NCBI GenBank assembly: GCA_045578865.1
Contig: JAZNLB010000017.1
Span: 24,054-88,053, forward strand
Source: Clostridia bacterium
GTDB taxonomy: Bacteria > Bacillota > Clostridia > UBA1381 > UMGS1253
Direction of reading: 5' to 3'
DNA length: 64,000 nt
Both the position numbers and the translations under genes were made by a program. The notes under the pieces are model-generated. The model made no database searches. It was not told the origin of the DNA and worked only from the letters and a program-made list of their open reading frames with translations. Each line of letters opens with the position of its first letter. Position 1 is the stretch's first letter. Shown here piece by piece: positions 20,508 through 29,433 of this stretch.

Positions 20508-21217
20508 TTTGCCACCTCGATTGCCTCTTTTAAATCTATCGCTTGCGTATAATAGGCTTTGCCGATAATTGCGCCGTAAATATCTAACGCCGCAAGACGC
20601 TCTACATCCTCTATGCTCGACACCCCGCCCGATGCCACAATCTGCATAGCAAAACGCGCACTGAGTTCTTTATACAACTCGTGGTTTGTACCCTGCATTG
20701 CGCCGTCTTTGGAAATGTCAGTACAAATCAAGGTTTTTATACCGATTTGCTGCATTTTTTCGCAAAATGCAAAACATTCATAGTCGCTTTTTTCAATCCA
20801 ACCTTTAATGGCGACATAGCCATCTTTGATGTCTGCACCAACTGCTATTTTATCGCCGTATTTTTCTACCGCCGCACACAAAAACGCTTCGTCCTGCACC
20901 GCCGCCGTACCCAAAATCACACGGTTGATGCCGGCATCTATGTATCTCTCAATCGTTTCCATACTCCGAATACCGCCGCCGATTTCGGAAAACAAATCTG
21001 TGGTTTGTATAATCTTTTTTACAATTTCCAGATTCGGTGTATCAGCGTTTTTTGCGCCCTCCAAATCCACAATATGGATATGCGTTGCGCCCTGCGCCGC
21101 AAAATCCTGTGCAATCTCCCACGGCTTATCGCTGTAAACGGTCATTTGTGCATAATCGCCTTTGAACAGACGCACCGCCTTGCCGTCATATAAATCTATC
21201 GCCGGAAAAATATGCAT
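20504..21217 (-). CDS. hisA: ProFAR isomerase
   Basis: IFPAIDLYDGKAVRL start; 237 aa. Confidence 0.9.
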   Translation of the reverse strand: MHIFPAIDLYDGKAVRLFKGDYAQMTVYSDKPWEIAQDFAAQGATHIHIVDLEGAKNADTPNLEIVKKIIQTTDLFSEIGGGIRSMETIERYIDAGINRVILGTAAVQDEAFLCAAVEKYGDKIAVGADIKDGYVAIKGWIEKSDYECFAFCEKMQQIGIKTLICTDISKDGAMQGTNHELYKELSARFAMQIVASGGVSSIEDVERLAALDIYGAIIGKAYYTQAIDLKEAIEVAK

Positions 21218-21220
21218 ACC

Positions 21221-21835
21221 TTACGCCTCCGTTTCGCAAAAAGCCTTCAGAATATTGAGCCCCACCTTACCGCTCTTTTCCGGATGGAACTGGCAGCCAT
21301 ACACATTTTTATTGGCAACCGCTGCCGTTAAATCTGCGCCGTATTCCGCCGTTGCTATCACGCTTTCTTCGCAGTTTGCCCCATAAAACGAATGAACAAA
21401 ATATACACTGTCGCCGTCTTTTAAATAGCGAAACAACTCATTTTTCTTCGTAAATTTCAGCCCATTCCAACCAATGTGCGGCACCTTTAAATCCGCACCG
21501 ATGACATCGCGAATCGGGCGGATTTCCCCCGAAATCAGACCGAGACCTTCGTGCTCCCCGTACTCAAAACTTTTGTCAAACAAAAGTTGCATACCCAAGC
21601 AGATACCAAGCAAAGGCTTACCCTTTTTTGCTTCGGCAATCACGACTTTATCCAAACCGCTCTCTCGCAGTTTTGCCGCCGCATCGCCGAAGGCACCTAC
21701 ACCGGGTAATATAATTTTGTCTGCGGCGCAAATCACATCTGCATTCCCCGTAACAACCGCCTCGGCCCCGATGGCCGCAAGCGAACTTTTTAAGGAAAAC
21801 AGGTTGCCCACGCCGTAATCTATAATTGCTACCAA
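21221..21835 (-). CDS. hisH: Imidazole glycerol phosphate synthase glutamine amidotransferase subunit
   Basis: VAIIDYGVGNL, GICLGMQ and HSF motifs. I place the start at TTG 21835, in the arrangement TAATTTG with the hisB stop. The ORF track extends to 21886, inside hisB. Confidence 0.9.
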   Translation of the reverse strand: MVAIIDYGVGNLFSLKSSLAAIGAEAVVTGNADVICAADKIILPGVGAFGDAAAKLRESGLDKVVIAEAKKGKPLLGICLGMQLLFDKSFEYGEHEGLGLISGEIRPIRDVIGADLKVPHIGWNGLKFTKKNELFRYLKDGDSVYFVHSFYGANCEESVIATAEYGADLTAAVANKNVYGCQFHPEKSGKVGLNILKAFCETEA

Positions 21836-21836
21836 A

Positions 21837-22427
21837 TTAAAGCACTCCTTTAGTGGACGGAATTTCATCTGCCGCATCTTCATCAATTTTTACCGCAGCG
21901 CGCAGACTGCGCGCCACCGACTTAAACGCACCCTCGATAATGTGGTGCGTGTTCGTACCCGCCATCTGCTTAATGTGCAGTGTCACCTGTGCGTTGCGAA
22001 CAAAGCCGAGCCAGAACTCTTCAACTAGTTCGGTATCAAAAGCGCCAACCTTTGCCGTAGCAAGTTCAAGGCCGTACGCCAGATAACTTCTGCCCGAAAA
22101 ATCCACCGCAGATAAAATCAGCGCCTCATCCATCGGAAGCATCATACTTCCGTAACGCACAATACCGCGCTTTTCACCGAGCGCCTCATAAAAAGCCGCA
22201 CCAAGACAAATGCCGATATCCTCTGCCGTGTGGTGGTCATCAACATAGGTATCCCCCTTGCAGACAAGCGTCAAATCAAAACGACCATGTTTGGCAAACA
22301 AAGTCAGCATATGGTCTAAAAATCCGCAACCTGTGTCGATTTCACTTTTACCCGTGCCGTCAATATTAAGTTTCAGGGTAATGTCGGTTTCCGCCGTTTT
22401 GCGGTTTATCTCACTTGTACGAAGCAT
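21837..22427 (-). CDS. hisB: Imidazoleglycerol-phosphate dehydratase
   Basis: RKTAETDI, GFLDHML and DDHHTAEDIGI motifs are present. Confidence 0.95.
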   Translation of the reverse strand: MLRTSEINRKTAETDITLKLNIDGTGKSEIDTGCGFLDHMLTLFAKHGRFDLTLVCKGDTYVDDHHTAEDIGICLGAAFYEALGEKRGIVRYGSMMLPMDEALILSAVDFSGRSYLAYGLELATAKVGAFDTELVEEFWLGFVRNAQVTLHIKQMAGTNTHHIIEGAFKSVARSLRAAVKIDEDAADEIPSTKGVL

Positions 22428-23500
22428 TGTAATCCCTCCAAAATTTTTGTAATTTCCGAAATCAGACTTTCCATTTGTTCTTTTGTTCCGATACTGATGC
22501 GGTTAAACGCACAAATCTCCGCTTTTTTAAAATGGCGTACCAAGATGCCGGCTTCCTTTAATTTTAAATATAACTCCTCGCCGCCGATTTTATCGTGCTT
22601 GGCAAATACAAAATTCGTCTTACTGTCGAGCACCGTAAAACCGAGTCCGCGAAGCGCCTTAGTGGTATATTGGCGGTTTTCGATAATCGTTTGGCAGTTT
22701 TTGATATTGTATGCATCATCTTCGATACAACCCAGACCTGCCGCCTGCGTGCAGGAATTGACATTGTAGGGATTGGTCGAATACTTAATTGTATTTAAAT
22801 CCGCAATCAACGCCTTGCAACCCACGCCGAAGCCCAGTCGTGCGCCCGCCATTGAACGGGATTTGGAAAATGTCTGTGTAACGAGCAGGTTGTCGTATTT
22901 GTGAATTAAATCTACACAACTTTCACCGCCGAAATCGACATACGCTTCATCGACAATGACGACATTTTCCGGATTGCTTTCGATGATTTTTATAATGTCA
23001 GACTTTGCAAGCGCAATCCCTGTTGGTGCATTCGGATTGGCAATCACAATGGTTTTGTTTATGCCGATGTAATCATTTACATCTATAGTAAAATCGCTTT
23101 TGAGCGGGATTTCTTCATAGGGGATACAATTTAACTGTGCAAAAACCGGATAAAAACCATAGGTGATATTTGCAAACACTACCGGATGCGTTTCATCGCA
23201 AAACGCCATGAAGGCGAAATTTAAAATTTCATCCGAGCCGTTGGTTAAAAGCACCTCATCAGAATCGACACCCAACCGCTCTGCTACCGCTTGCGTTAAT
23301 TTTTTTGCAGTCGGGTCACAGTAAAGTTGCAGTTGCTTTGCCGCCTCGGCAGCATATGCCTGCGCCTTTTTGCTCGGCGGAAACGGCGACTCATTCGTAT
23401 TTAATTTTATATAACTTTTTCGTTGCGTCGGTTGCTCTCCCGGCGTATATGCCTCCAGAGAATTCAAACGCGCGCTGAAAAATCTGCTCATATATTTCAC
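22406..23500 (-). CDS. hisC: Histidinol-phosphate aminotransferase
   Basis: Class II aminotransferase pattern (LNTNESP, TFSKSRSMAG with the PLP lysine); 364 aa. Confidence 0.9.
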   Translation of the reverse strand: MKYMSRFFSARLNSLEAYTPGEQPTQRKSYIKLNTNESPFPPSKKAQAYAAEAAKQLQLYCDPTAKKLTQAVAERLGVDSDEVLLTNGSDEILNFAFMAFCDETHPVVFANITYGFYPVFAQLNCIPYEEIPLKSDFTIDVNDYIGINKTIVIANPNAPTGIALAKSDIIKIIESNPENVVIVDEAYVDFGGESCVDLIHKYDNLLVTQTFSKSRSMAGARLGFGVGCKALIADLNTIKYSTNPYNVNSCTQAAGLGCIEDDAYNIKNCQTIIENRQYTTKALRGLGFTVLDSKTNFVFAKHDKIGGEELYLKLKEAGILVRHFKKAEICAFNRISIGTKEQMESLISEITKILEGLQCFVQVR

Positions 23501-24771
23501 TCCTCAAAGCGAACGGTTGCGCTCTTGGCGTGCGCCGTCAGCCCCTCTTTTTCAGCAAAGTAGGCAACATCATCTGCCACGCGCGAAAGTGCCTCCTTTG
23601 TGTAGTATGTGTATTGTGTCTTTTTTACAAAATCATCTACCGAAAGCGGACTGGAGAATTTCGCCGTGCCGCAAGTCGGCAATGTGTGATTCGGTCCGGC
23701 AAAATAATCGCCGAGCGCCTCGGGGCAATTTCGGCCCATAAAAATCGAGCCTGCATGACGAATGGCATCTAAGTAATCAAACGGATTTCCCACGCAGAGT
23801 TCCAGATGCTCCGGCGCAATATCGTTTGCAATTTCAATCGCACGCATCAAGGTGTCCGCAACAATGATTTTACCGTTTGTATCAATGGAGGCTCTTGCAA
23901 TATCCGCACGCGAAAGTTGCGGTATCTGCACTTCAAGTTCATCACGGACCGCTCTGGCAAGGTCCATGCTGTCCGTCACCAATACTGCGCTCGCCATTTT
24001 ATCATGTTCCGCCTGAGAAAGCAAGTCAGCGGCAACATGTTTCGGGTTCGCCGCGCCATCCGCAAGCACTAAAATTTCGCTTGGGCCGGCAATCATGTCA
24101 ATGGATACCGCACCGAATACCTGCTTTTTCGCTTCGGCAACATAAGCATTGCCCGGACCGACAATCTTGTCCACCTTCGGCACACTTTCCGTGCCGTAAG
24201 CAAGTGCGGCAATCGCCTGTGCACCACCCAATTTAAAGATTCTATCCACGCCGGCAATGGATGCCGCCGCCAGAATTACGGGATTGATTTTTCCGTCCTT
24301 GCCCGGAGGCGATACCATAACCACTTCGCGTACACCTGCAATTTTGGCAGGCACGGCATCCATCAAAACTGTGGACGGGTAAGCCGCTGTGCCACCCGGC
24401 ACATACAACCCCGCACGGTCAACGGGCGTGACTTTTTGTCCAATGATGATGCCTTCTTCGTCCTGAATGACAAAACCTGTACGCACCTGCTTTTCATGAA
24501 ATTTACGAATATTTGCCGCCGCTTTTTCTAAGATGTCCAGAAATTTCGGCTCCACGGATGCGCGCGCCTCTTCTATTTCCGCTTTGGTAACTGCAAGCGC
24601 AGAAAGTTTCGCACCGTCAAATTTTTCACAGTACTTAAACAAAGCCTTATCTTTGTTTTTGCGTACATCCTCTATAATTTCACTGACCGTTTTTTCTACA
24701 CCTTCGCTCGAAGTCGAACGGATAAAAATTTCGCTGTGGTCTATTTCGGCATATTTTAAAATTCGAATCAT
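23497..24771 (-). CDS. hisD: Histidinol dehydrogenase
   Basis: LYVPGG.AAYPS, QAEHD and GDY..GPNHTLPT motifs are present. Confidence 0.95.
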   Translation of the reverse strand: MIRILKYAEIDHSEIFIRSTSSEGVEKTVSEIIEDVRKNKDKALFKYCEKFDGAKLSALAVTKAEIEEARASVEPKFLDILEKAAANIRKFHEKQVRTGFVIQDEEGIIIGQKVTPVDRAGLYVPGGTAAYPSTVLMDAVPAKIAGVREVVMVSPPGKDGKINPVILAAASIAGVDRIFKLGGAQAIAALAYGTESVPKVDKIVGPGNAYVAEAKKQVFGAVSIDMIAGPSEILVLADGAANPKHVAADLLSQAEHDKMASAVLVTDSMDLARAVRDELEVQIPQLSRADIARASIDTNGKIIVADTLMRAIEIANDIAPEHLELCVGNPFDYLDAIRHAGSIFMGRNCPEALGDYFAGPNHTLPTCGTAKFSSPLSVDDFVKKTQYTYYTKEALSRVADDVAYFAEKEGLTAHAKSATVRFEE

Positions 24772-25406
24772 TTTTCTGCCTCCACCTGCGCGCCAAGGCT
24801 GTCAATAATCTGCTGCATCAGCGCATTTTTAAACTTAAAACTCGGTTTGTTTGCAATCAGCCTTGCACTGATGGGCATAATGGTTTCAAACACTTCCAAA
24901 TCATTTTCCTTTAAGGTTGTGCCCGTTTCCACAATATCCACAATCACATCGGAAAGGCCTAAAATCGGCGCAATTTCAATCGAGCCGTTTAAGTGAATGA
25001 TGTCAATATCTCTGCCCTGTGCGGCATAGTATACTTTTGCAATATTGGTAAACTTTGTTGCTACACGCAAGGTCTTTTCCGTATTGTCACGAAAACCCTT
25101 TTTCGCGGCGACTGCCATACGGCACTTGCCCAAATTCAAATCCAGAAGTTCGTACACATCCGGCGCATACTCTGCCAAAATATCCTTGCCCGCCACGCCG
25201 ATATCCGCCGCACCGCGCTCTACATAAATGGCTACATCAGATGGCTTTACCCAAAAGTAGCGCACCTGCTTTTCCTCATTTTCAAAAATCAACTTGCGCC
25301 CCGGCTCATGGATTGCGGGACATTCAAAGCCTGCCTTTTCAAACATGGCGTATACCTTTTCGCCAAGTCTGCCCTTCGGCAAGGCGATATTAAGCATTGT
25401 TTTCAA
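24768..25406 (-). CDS. hisG: ATP phosphoribosyltransferase, short (HisZ-dependent) form
   Basis: LNIALPKGRL start; about 210 aa with no C-terminal regulatory domain. It is paired with hisZ upstream. Confidence 0.9.
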   Translation of the reverse strand: MKTMLNIALPKGRLGEKVYAMFEKAGFECPAIHEPGRKLIFENEEKQVRYFWVKPSDVAIYVERGAADIGVAGKDILAEYAPDVYELLDLNLGKCRMAVAAKKGFRDNTEKTLRVATKFTNIAKVYYAAQGRDIDIIHLNGSIEIAPILGLSDVIVDIVETGTTLKENDLEVFETIMPISARLIANKPSFKFKNALMQQIIDSLGAQVEAEK

Positions 25407-26508
25407 GAATCTCCAGTCCCTTCTCCTGCAATTTTAAAAGTTGTTTATACTGCAATTTTTCCGGAAGCGCCGCCGTTGCCAATACACGCTTGCCTCCTGC
25501 GGTCATCAGGCGCACCGCCGCACTGATGGCACCTACATCCGCGCCTTCGTCGTATAAAATCACGGCATCCACATCGTATTTTTTTTCCTCTGCGGTCAAG
25601 CGCTCAAGCAAGTCTAGATACACCGCAAAGCCGATGGCGTGCGATTTTCTGCCCATTTTCTGCATCAACTTGTCATACGCACCGCCCGACAAAATACCCG
25701 TCGGTATGCCTTTCACAAAACCGCAAAACACAATGCCGTTATAGTAGTTTTGGTTGTTGAGTACAGAAAAGTCTACATAAACATTTTTTTCACAGCCGTT
25801 ATCCTTTAAAAACTCTGCCATGCGTGAAAGCTGTGCAATCGCCGCACTCATTTTTTCGCTCACGGAAAGCGGTTTTAAATCTTCCAGCACATCCGCAAGT
25901 TTTCCGTAAGTGGAGGCAAGTGTTTTTAAAAGCGTGCCGTCTGCCCCAAGCTCAGCGCATAGCGCATCAATGCCGTGCAAATTTTTTTCGCCGATTTTCT
26001 CCAAAAGCGCCTTTTGCCTCTCGGCATCCGCACCGATGGCCAAAATCGCCTCGGACACAATGTCCATGTGCGATACATCTAAAATATAATCCGGCGAAAT
26101 ATGCGCCAGACTTTGCGCCGCCAGCATCACGGTTTCAAAAATGCAATAGTCGTCAATATCGCCGATGCATTCCAAGCCCACCTGCATAATTTCCTGAAAG
26201 GCATTGTTTTTCTTGGAAACACGGTATACATTTTCATTGTAGTACACCTTCTGCACGCCGCCTGGCACATCCTTGCCGTTTTTGATAATCGACAAAGTTA
26301 CATCCGGCTTTAATGCAAGCAGTTTGCCGTCCGTGTCCGTAAAAGTAATAATGTTGTCGGATACGAGGTAATCTTTATTTCGCACATACAAATCGTACGC
26401 CTCAAACTTGCTCATCTTATACTGCGTATAGCCGTACAGACTATATAATGCGCGCAAATCAAAAATCGCCTTTTCTTCATTTTTCAATACATTGCGATTC
26501 AAGTCCAT
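25390..26508 (-). CDS. hisZ: ATP phosphoribosyltransferase regulatory subunit
   Basis: A class II aaRS-like (HisRS paralogue) 372-aa protein directly upstream of the short hisG. Confidence 0.85.
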   Translation of the reverse strand: MDLNRNVLKNEEKAIFDLRALYSLYGYTQYKMSKFEAYDLYVRNKDYLVSDNIITFTDTDGKLLALKPDVTLSIIKNGKDVPGGVQKVYYNENVYRVSKKNNAFQEIMQVGLECIGDIDDYCIFETVMLAAQSLAHISPDYILDVSHMDIVSEAILAIGADAERQKALLEKIGEKNLHGIDALCAELGADGTLLKTLASTYGKLADVLEDLKPLSVSEKMSAAIAQLSRMAEFLKDNGCEKNVYVDFSVLNNQNYYNGIVFCGFVKGIPTGILSGGAYDKLMQKMGRKSHAIGFAVYLDLLERLTAEEKKYDVDAVILYDEGADVGAISAAVRLMTAGGKRVLATAALPEKLQYKQLLKLQEKGLEILENNA

Positions 26509-26509
26509 C

Positions 26510-26800
26510 TCAGTTGTCCTCCTTTAAGCGCTCCAATGCGGTCTTGTACCCGTCGTTGCCGTAAATAAGGCATTTGTTGACACGGCTGATGGTCGCCGTG
26601 CTTGCGCCGGTCTTTTTGGAAATCTCCAGATAACTGATGTTCTGACTTAAAAGTTCCGCAACCTCCAAACGCTGAGAAATATCCTGAATTTCCTTAATGG
26701 TGCAGATATCTTCAAAAAAATTATAGCACTCGTCCAAATCCTTTAAATTCAAAATCGCTTGAAACAGGCGTTTCGTTGCCTCTGTGTCCAAATGTTTCAT
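26510..26800 (-). CDS. TrpR-like YerC/YecD family DNA-binding protein (HisR-type candidate regulator)
   Basis: 96 aa. LFQAILNLKDLDECYNFFEDICTIKEIQDISQRLEVAELL...SYLEISKKTGASTATISRVNKCL matches the YerC/YecD pattern as I remember it. Its stop is 1 nt from the hisZ start. Confidence 0.8.
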   Translation of the reverse strand: MKHLDTEATKRLFQAILNLKDLDECYNFFEDICTIKEIQDISQRLEVAELLSQNISYLEISKKTGASTATISRVNKCLIYGNDGYKTALERLKEDN

Positions 26801-26833
26801 CTCCGTACATCTCCTTCAATTTAACATATTAGT

Positions 26834-26849
26834 ATTTTAGCACGCTAAA
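26834..26849 (-). promoter_or_regulatory. Extended -10 (TGCTAAAAT, minus strand) overlapped by the palindrome TTTAGC-AC-GCTAAA
   Basis: The reverse complement of 26834-26839 is TAAAAT, preceded by TGC. A perfect 6-2-6 inverted repeat lies at 26836-26849, 36-49 nt upstream of the yerC-like ATG. Confidence 0.45.
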
Positions 26850-26902
26850 CTGTGAAAGTAAAGTCTTTTTCAAAAAAAGAAGAGATTTTTGTGGGAATGT
26901 AT

Positions 26903-26945
26903 AAAAAAAGCAACCGAAAACACCTGTCTTTCGGTTGCTTTTTTA
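26903..26945. terminator. Bidirectional terminator
   Basis: aaaaaagcaaccgaaa-acacctgtc-tttcggttgctttttt lies downstream of the minus-strand membrane protein gene. Confidence 0.8.
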
Positions 26946-26960
26946 TAAAGGGCATCCTTT

Positions 26961-27398
26961 TTATTTCTTTTTTCGCTTATGCTTTTTCTTTTTTTCGGGT
27001 GCGTTTTTGCCCAGATTTGCGCCGATACCGCCCGTCAATGCGCCGATGACAAGCAAAGCAAGTGCGCGCAAAGAAAAACCGTCCGCACCCATCAGCACGG
27101 AAACCAAATGCAAAAGAAGATAATACAAAGCGCCGCTAAGCGCGCCCGTCAAGAAGCTTCCGCCCACCTTATGTACCAAAAAACGCACGGCAGAAAACAA
27201 CGAAAGCAATGAAAGCACTGTTACCACAGGCGCAATCCATTTTTCCGAAACATTTCCCCAGTGCATCACCGCCGCAAAAACGCTCAGAAACAAAAATGTC
27301 AACGCCAAAGCACCAACCAGCGCCACGCCTGTCCATAATGCGTGCCTGCCCAACCGGCCCGTCTCCGTTTCCGATTGCACCTTCTGAAAAACTGACAT
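26961..27398 (-). CDS. Small multi-TM membrane protein with a lysine-rich tail (YrzE/TIGR04086-like)
   Basis: Four hydrophobic segments and a C-terminal KKKKHKRKKK. It lies downstream of yajC, as yrzE does in Bacillus (from memory). Confidence 0.6.
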   Translation of the reverse strand: MSVFQKVQSETETGRLGRHALWTGVALVGALALTFLFLSVFAAVMHWGNVSEKWIAPVVTVLSLLSLFSAVRFLVHKVGGSFLTGALSGALYYLLLHLVSVLMGADGFSLRALALLVIGALTGGIGANLGKNAPEKKKKHKRKKK

Positions 27399-27399
27399 A

Positions 27400-27440
27400 A
27401 AAAAACCTCCGAATACAAGATACTATACTGTATTCGAAGG
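27400..27440 (-). terminator. Terminator of yajC
   Basis: On the minus strand, ccttcgaataca-N11-tgtattcggagg is followed by TTTTTT. Confidence 0.7.
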
Positions 27441-27449
27441 CGTTTTCAA

Positions 27450-27803
27450 TTATGCCTCTGTTGTTTCATCCGAAGCTTCGGTTTCTGCAACCGGAGCTGC
27501 TTCTTCCTTCACTTCTGCCTTTTTCACAACATCGCGCACGGCCCACTTGTTAAAGCGGATAACGCTCTGCTCATTTGCATTGCCCGTCTTACCGGTTTGC
27601 AAGTAAATTTCATCTTCCTTTACCTTTACAATCTTACCTACGATACCGCCGATGGTAGTAATCACATCACCAACTGCGAGCGCCGCAAGCATCTGCTTGG
27701 TTTCCTTTTCCTTTTTCTTCTGCGGGCGAATCATCAAAAAGTACATGATTGCAAAAAATACAACCAGCATAACAATCGGGGAAACTGCATTCGGATCTAA
27801 CAT
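27450..27803 (-). CDS. yajC: Preprotein translocase subunit YajC
   Basis: MLDPN..IVMLVVFFAIMYFLMIRPQKKK..GD.V.T.GGI.G.I is the YajC signature. The start is at ATG 27803, 5 nt after GGAGAGG. The ORF track uses an upstream TTG. Confidence 0.9.
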   Translation of the reverse strand: MLDPNAVSPIVMLVVFFAIMYFLMIRPQKKKEKETKQMLAALAVGDVITTIGGIVGKIVKVKEDEIYLQTGKTGNANEQSVIRFNKWAVRDVVKKAEVKEEAAPVAETEASDETTEA

Positions 27804-27927
27804 GTTAACCTCTCCATTCTTTGCCAAAAACGGCCATTTATTCTATGTTTTGCACATATTGCTATAATTATACAACACCTTGTAATGTTTTGCAAGATAA
27901 AAAGCGAAAAAAGCCGATGCTTTCAAA

Positions 27928-27956
27928 TTGACACAAGCACGCAGGCATGTTACAAT
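27928..27956 (+). promoter_or_regulatory. Sigma-A promoter TTGACA-17 nt-TACAAT
   Basis: ttgaca caagcacgcaggcatgt tacaat lies inside the track ORF's N-terminus. This argues for a downstream start. Confidence 0.65.
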
Positions 27957-27983
27957 AATGTCGTAGTTAGGGGGCTGACAACT

Positions 27984-29354
27984 TTGAAAAAACTGTTCTG
28001 TATGTTTTTAGTATTTGTGTTGCTTTTTGTACCGCAAGCGCAGGCGGAAGACTATATGTACTTTTCCTCAGGGGAAATGACGCTGACAGATGGTATAGAC
28101 ACGGACCGCATGGCGCATCTCGGCGGCGTATATTATGCAGCCGACCGTCAGGGCAAACTTTGGATGACACAAATTTTCACAGATTGGATTTTAGTAAATA
28201 CCGCTCCGCAGGGGTGCCGTCTTATTGCGGGCAACCCCAAGGCGGACAAGTTGGTGATTTATGCACAAAATACGCTTTTTATCAGTTATGACGGCGTGAA
28301 ATTTACGCCGATAAAAGAACTCACACAAGATACTGTCGTACTCTACAACTGCGGTTTATATACCGCGATGCACAAAACTGAGAGCGGATTTGCGCTCGAA
28401 TACAGTTTCGATGCGCTAAACTGGTATGTTTTCCCTGCCGAGCTGACCGCATCGACTTTTACCGTGCTTTGGGTAAATGAAAATCAGATCGTGCTCAAAG
28501 GTATGCAGACGGCAGATGGTACTTTTGATACAATTTTAGATGTAACGAAGCCGGAAGCGGTAGGCAAATTTGCAAACCTCGTTTACGATGTCCTCTCCGA
28601 CACCCTCGTAGACAATGCCGCCTACACCGGCGCAAAGTTAATCTATGCCGATGCCCCGAAAAATCACTTTATATATGTTTTTTGCGAAGATGCGCCCGGC
28701 GGTTACCGCTACCAGATTGTGCGTAAGACAAGCGGGCAAATCAACGCTGTCAGCGCTGTAATCGCAAGCAAAGATTTAGAACTTTGTATCAGCGCAGATA
28801 CCCTCTTTTTTGCAAAAGACGGCAAAAGCGTAGATTTGGTTTGCCCGACCGGTCCGTGGATGCAGTTAAATGACGAAACGGCATTTCCCGTATTGCGTAG
28901 CGCCTGCTCCGTAAGCGAAGATGTTTTCTTTGACAGTGGCTTTTCCACTGCGTACTACTGTAAAAATACTATTCCACTGCCCCTCGACCGCGCCGGCGTA
29001 GAGGTGCTTTTAAACGGCTGCTACCTCGCTTTTGACAGCGCGCCTCAAATTATAAATGACCGCACAATGGTACCGCTTCGCGCCATTGCAGAAGCGCTTG
29101 GTTGCAGTGTGGAATTTAACGATGCAACCTACGAAATTACCATCCGCCGCACAGACGGCGTAGTTCTGACGATGACCCTCGGCGTTTTATCGGCAACCAA
29201 AACCTGGGCAGACGGAATGCAATCCACAACAACATTGGATGCCGCACCCGTAATTGTCAATGACCGCACACTGGTGCCGCTTCGTTTTATCAGCGAAAGT
29301 CTGGACCTGACCACCGAATGGGTGGCAGATACCAAAACAGTTGTCTTGAAATGA
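27984..29354 (+). CDS. Secreted protein with two C-terminal copper amine oxidase N-terminal-like (stalk) domains
   Basis: The signal peptide is LKKLFCMFLVFVLLFVPQAQA. The motif NDRTMVPLRAIAEALG / NDRTLVPLRFISESL is repeated. The start is moved to TTG 27984 (AGGGGG RBS). Confidence 0.75.
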   Translation: MKKLFCMFLVFVLLFVPQAQAEDYMYFSSGEMTLTDGIDTDRMAHLGGVYYAADRQGKLWMTQIFTDWILVNTAPQGCRLIAGNPKADKLVIYAQNTLFISYDGVKFTPIKELTQDTVVLYNCGLYTAMHKTESGFALEYSFDALNWYVFPAELTASTFTVLWVNENQIVLKGMQTADGTFDTILDVTKPEAVGKFANLVYDVLSDTLVDNAAYTGAKLIYADAPKNHFIYVFCEDAPGGYRYQIVRKTSGQINAVSAVIASKDLELCISADTLFFAKDGKSVDLVCPTGPWMQLNDETAFPVLRSACSVSEDVFFDSGFSTAYYCKNTIPLPLDRAGVEVLLNGCYLAFDSAPQIINDRTMVPLRAIAEALGCSVEFNDATYEITIRRTDGVVLTMTLGVLSATKTWADGMQSTTTLDAAPVIVNDRTLVPLRFISESLDLTTEWVADTKTVVLK

Positions 29355-29394
29355 TGTAAATTAAACGGGCAATTCTTTTTAATAAAAGACACAA

Positions 29395-29427
29395 AAAGGT
29401 CGTAGCGCATTACACGCTACGACCTTT
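29395..29427 (-). terminator. Terminator of rpoC
   Basis: aaaggtcgtagcg-cattaca-cgctacgaccttt. The minus strand reads the stem followed by TTTTTG. Confidence 0.8.
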
Positions 29428-29433
29428 ATTGCA

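Noticed and set aside
26801-26960. T-box or leader-peptide attenuator in front of the his operon.
   Set aside because: The leader is about 27 nt from the predicted TSS to the ATG. There is no specifier or T-box sequence and no His-codon-rich mini-ORF.
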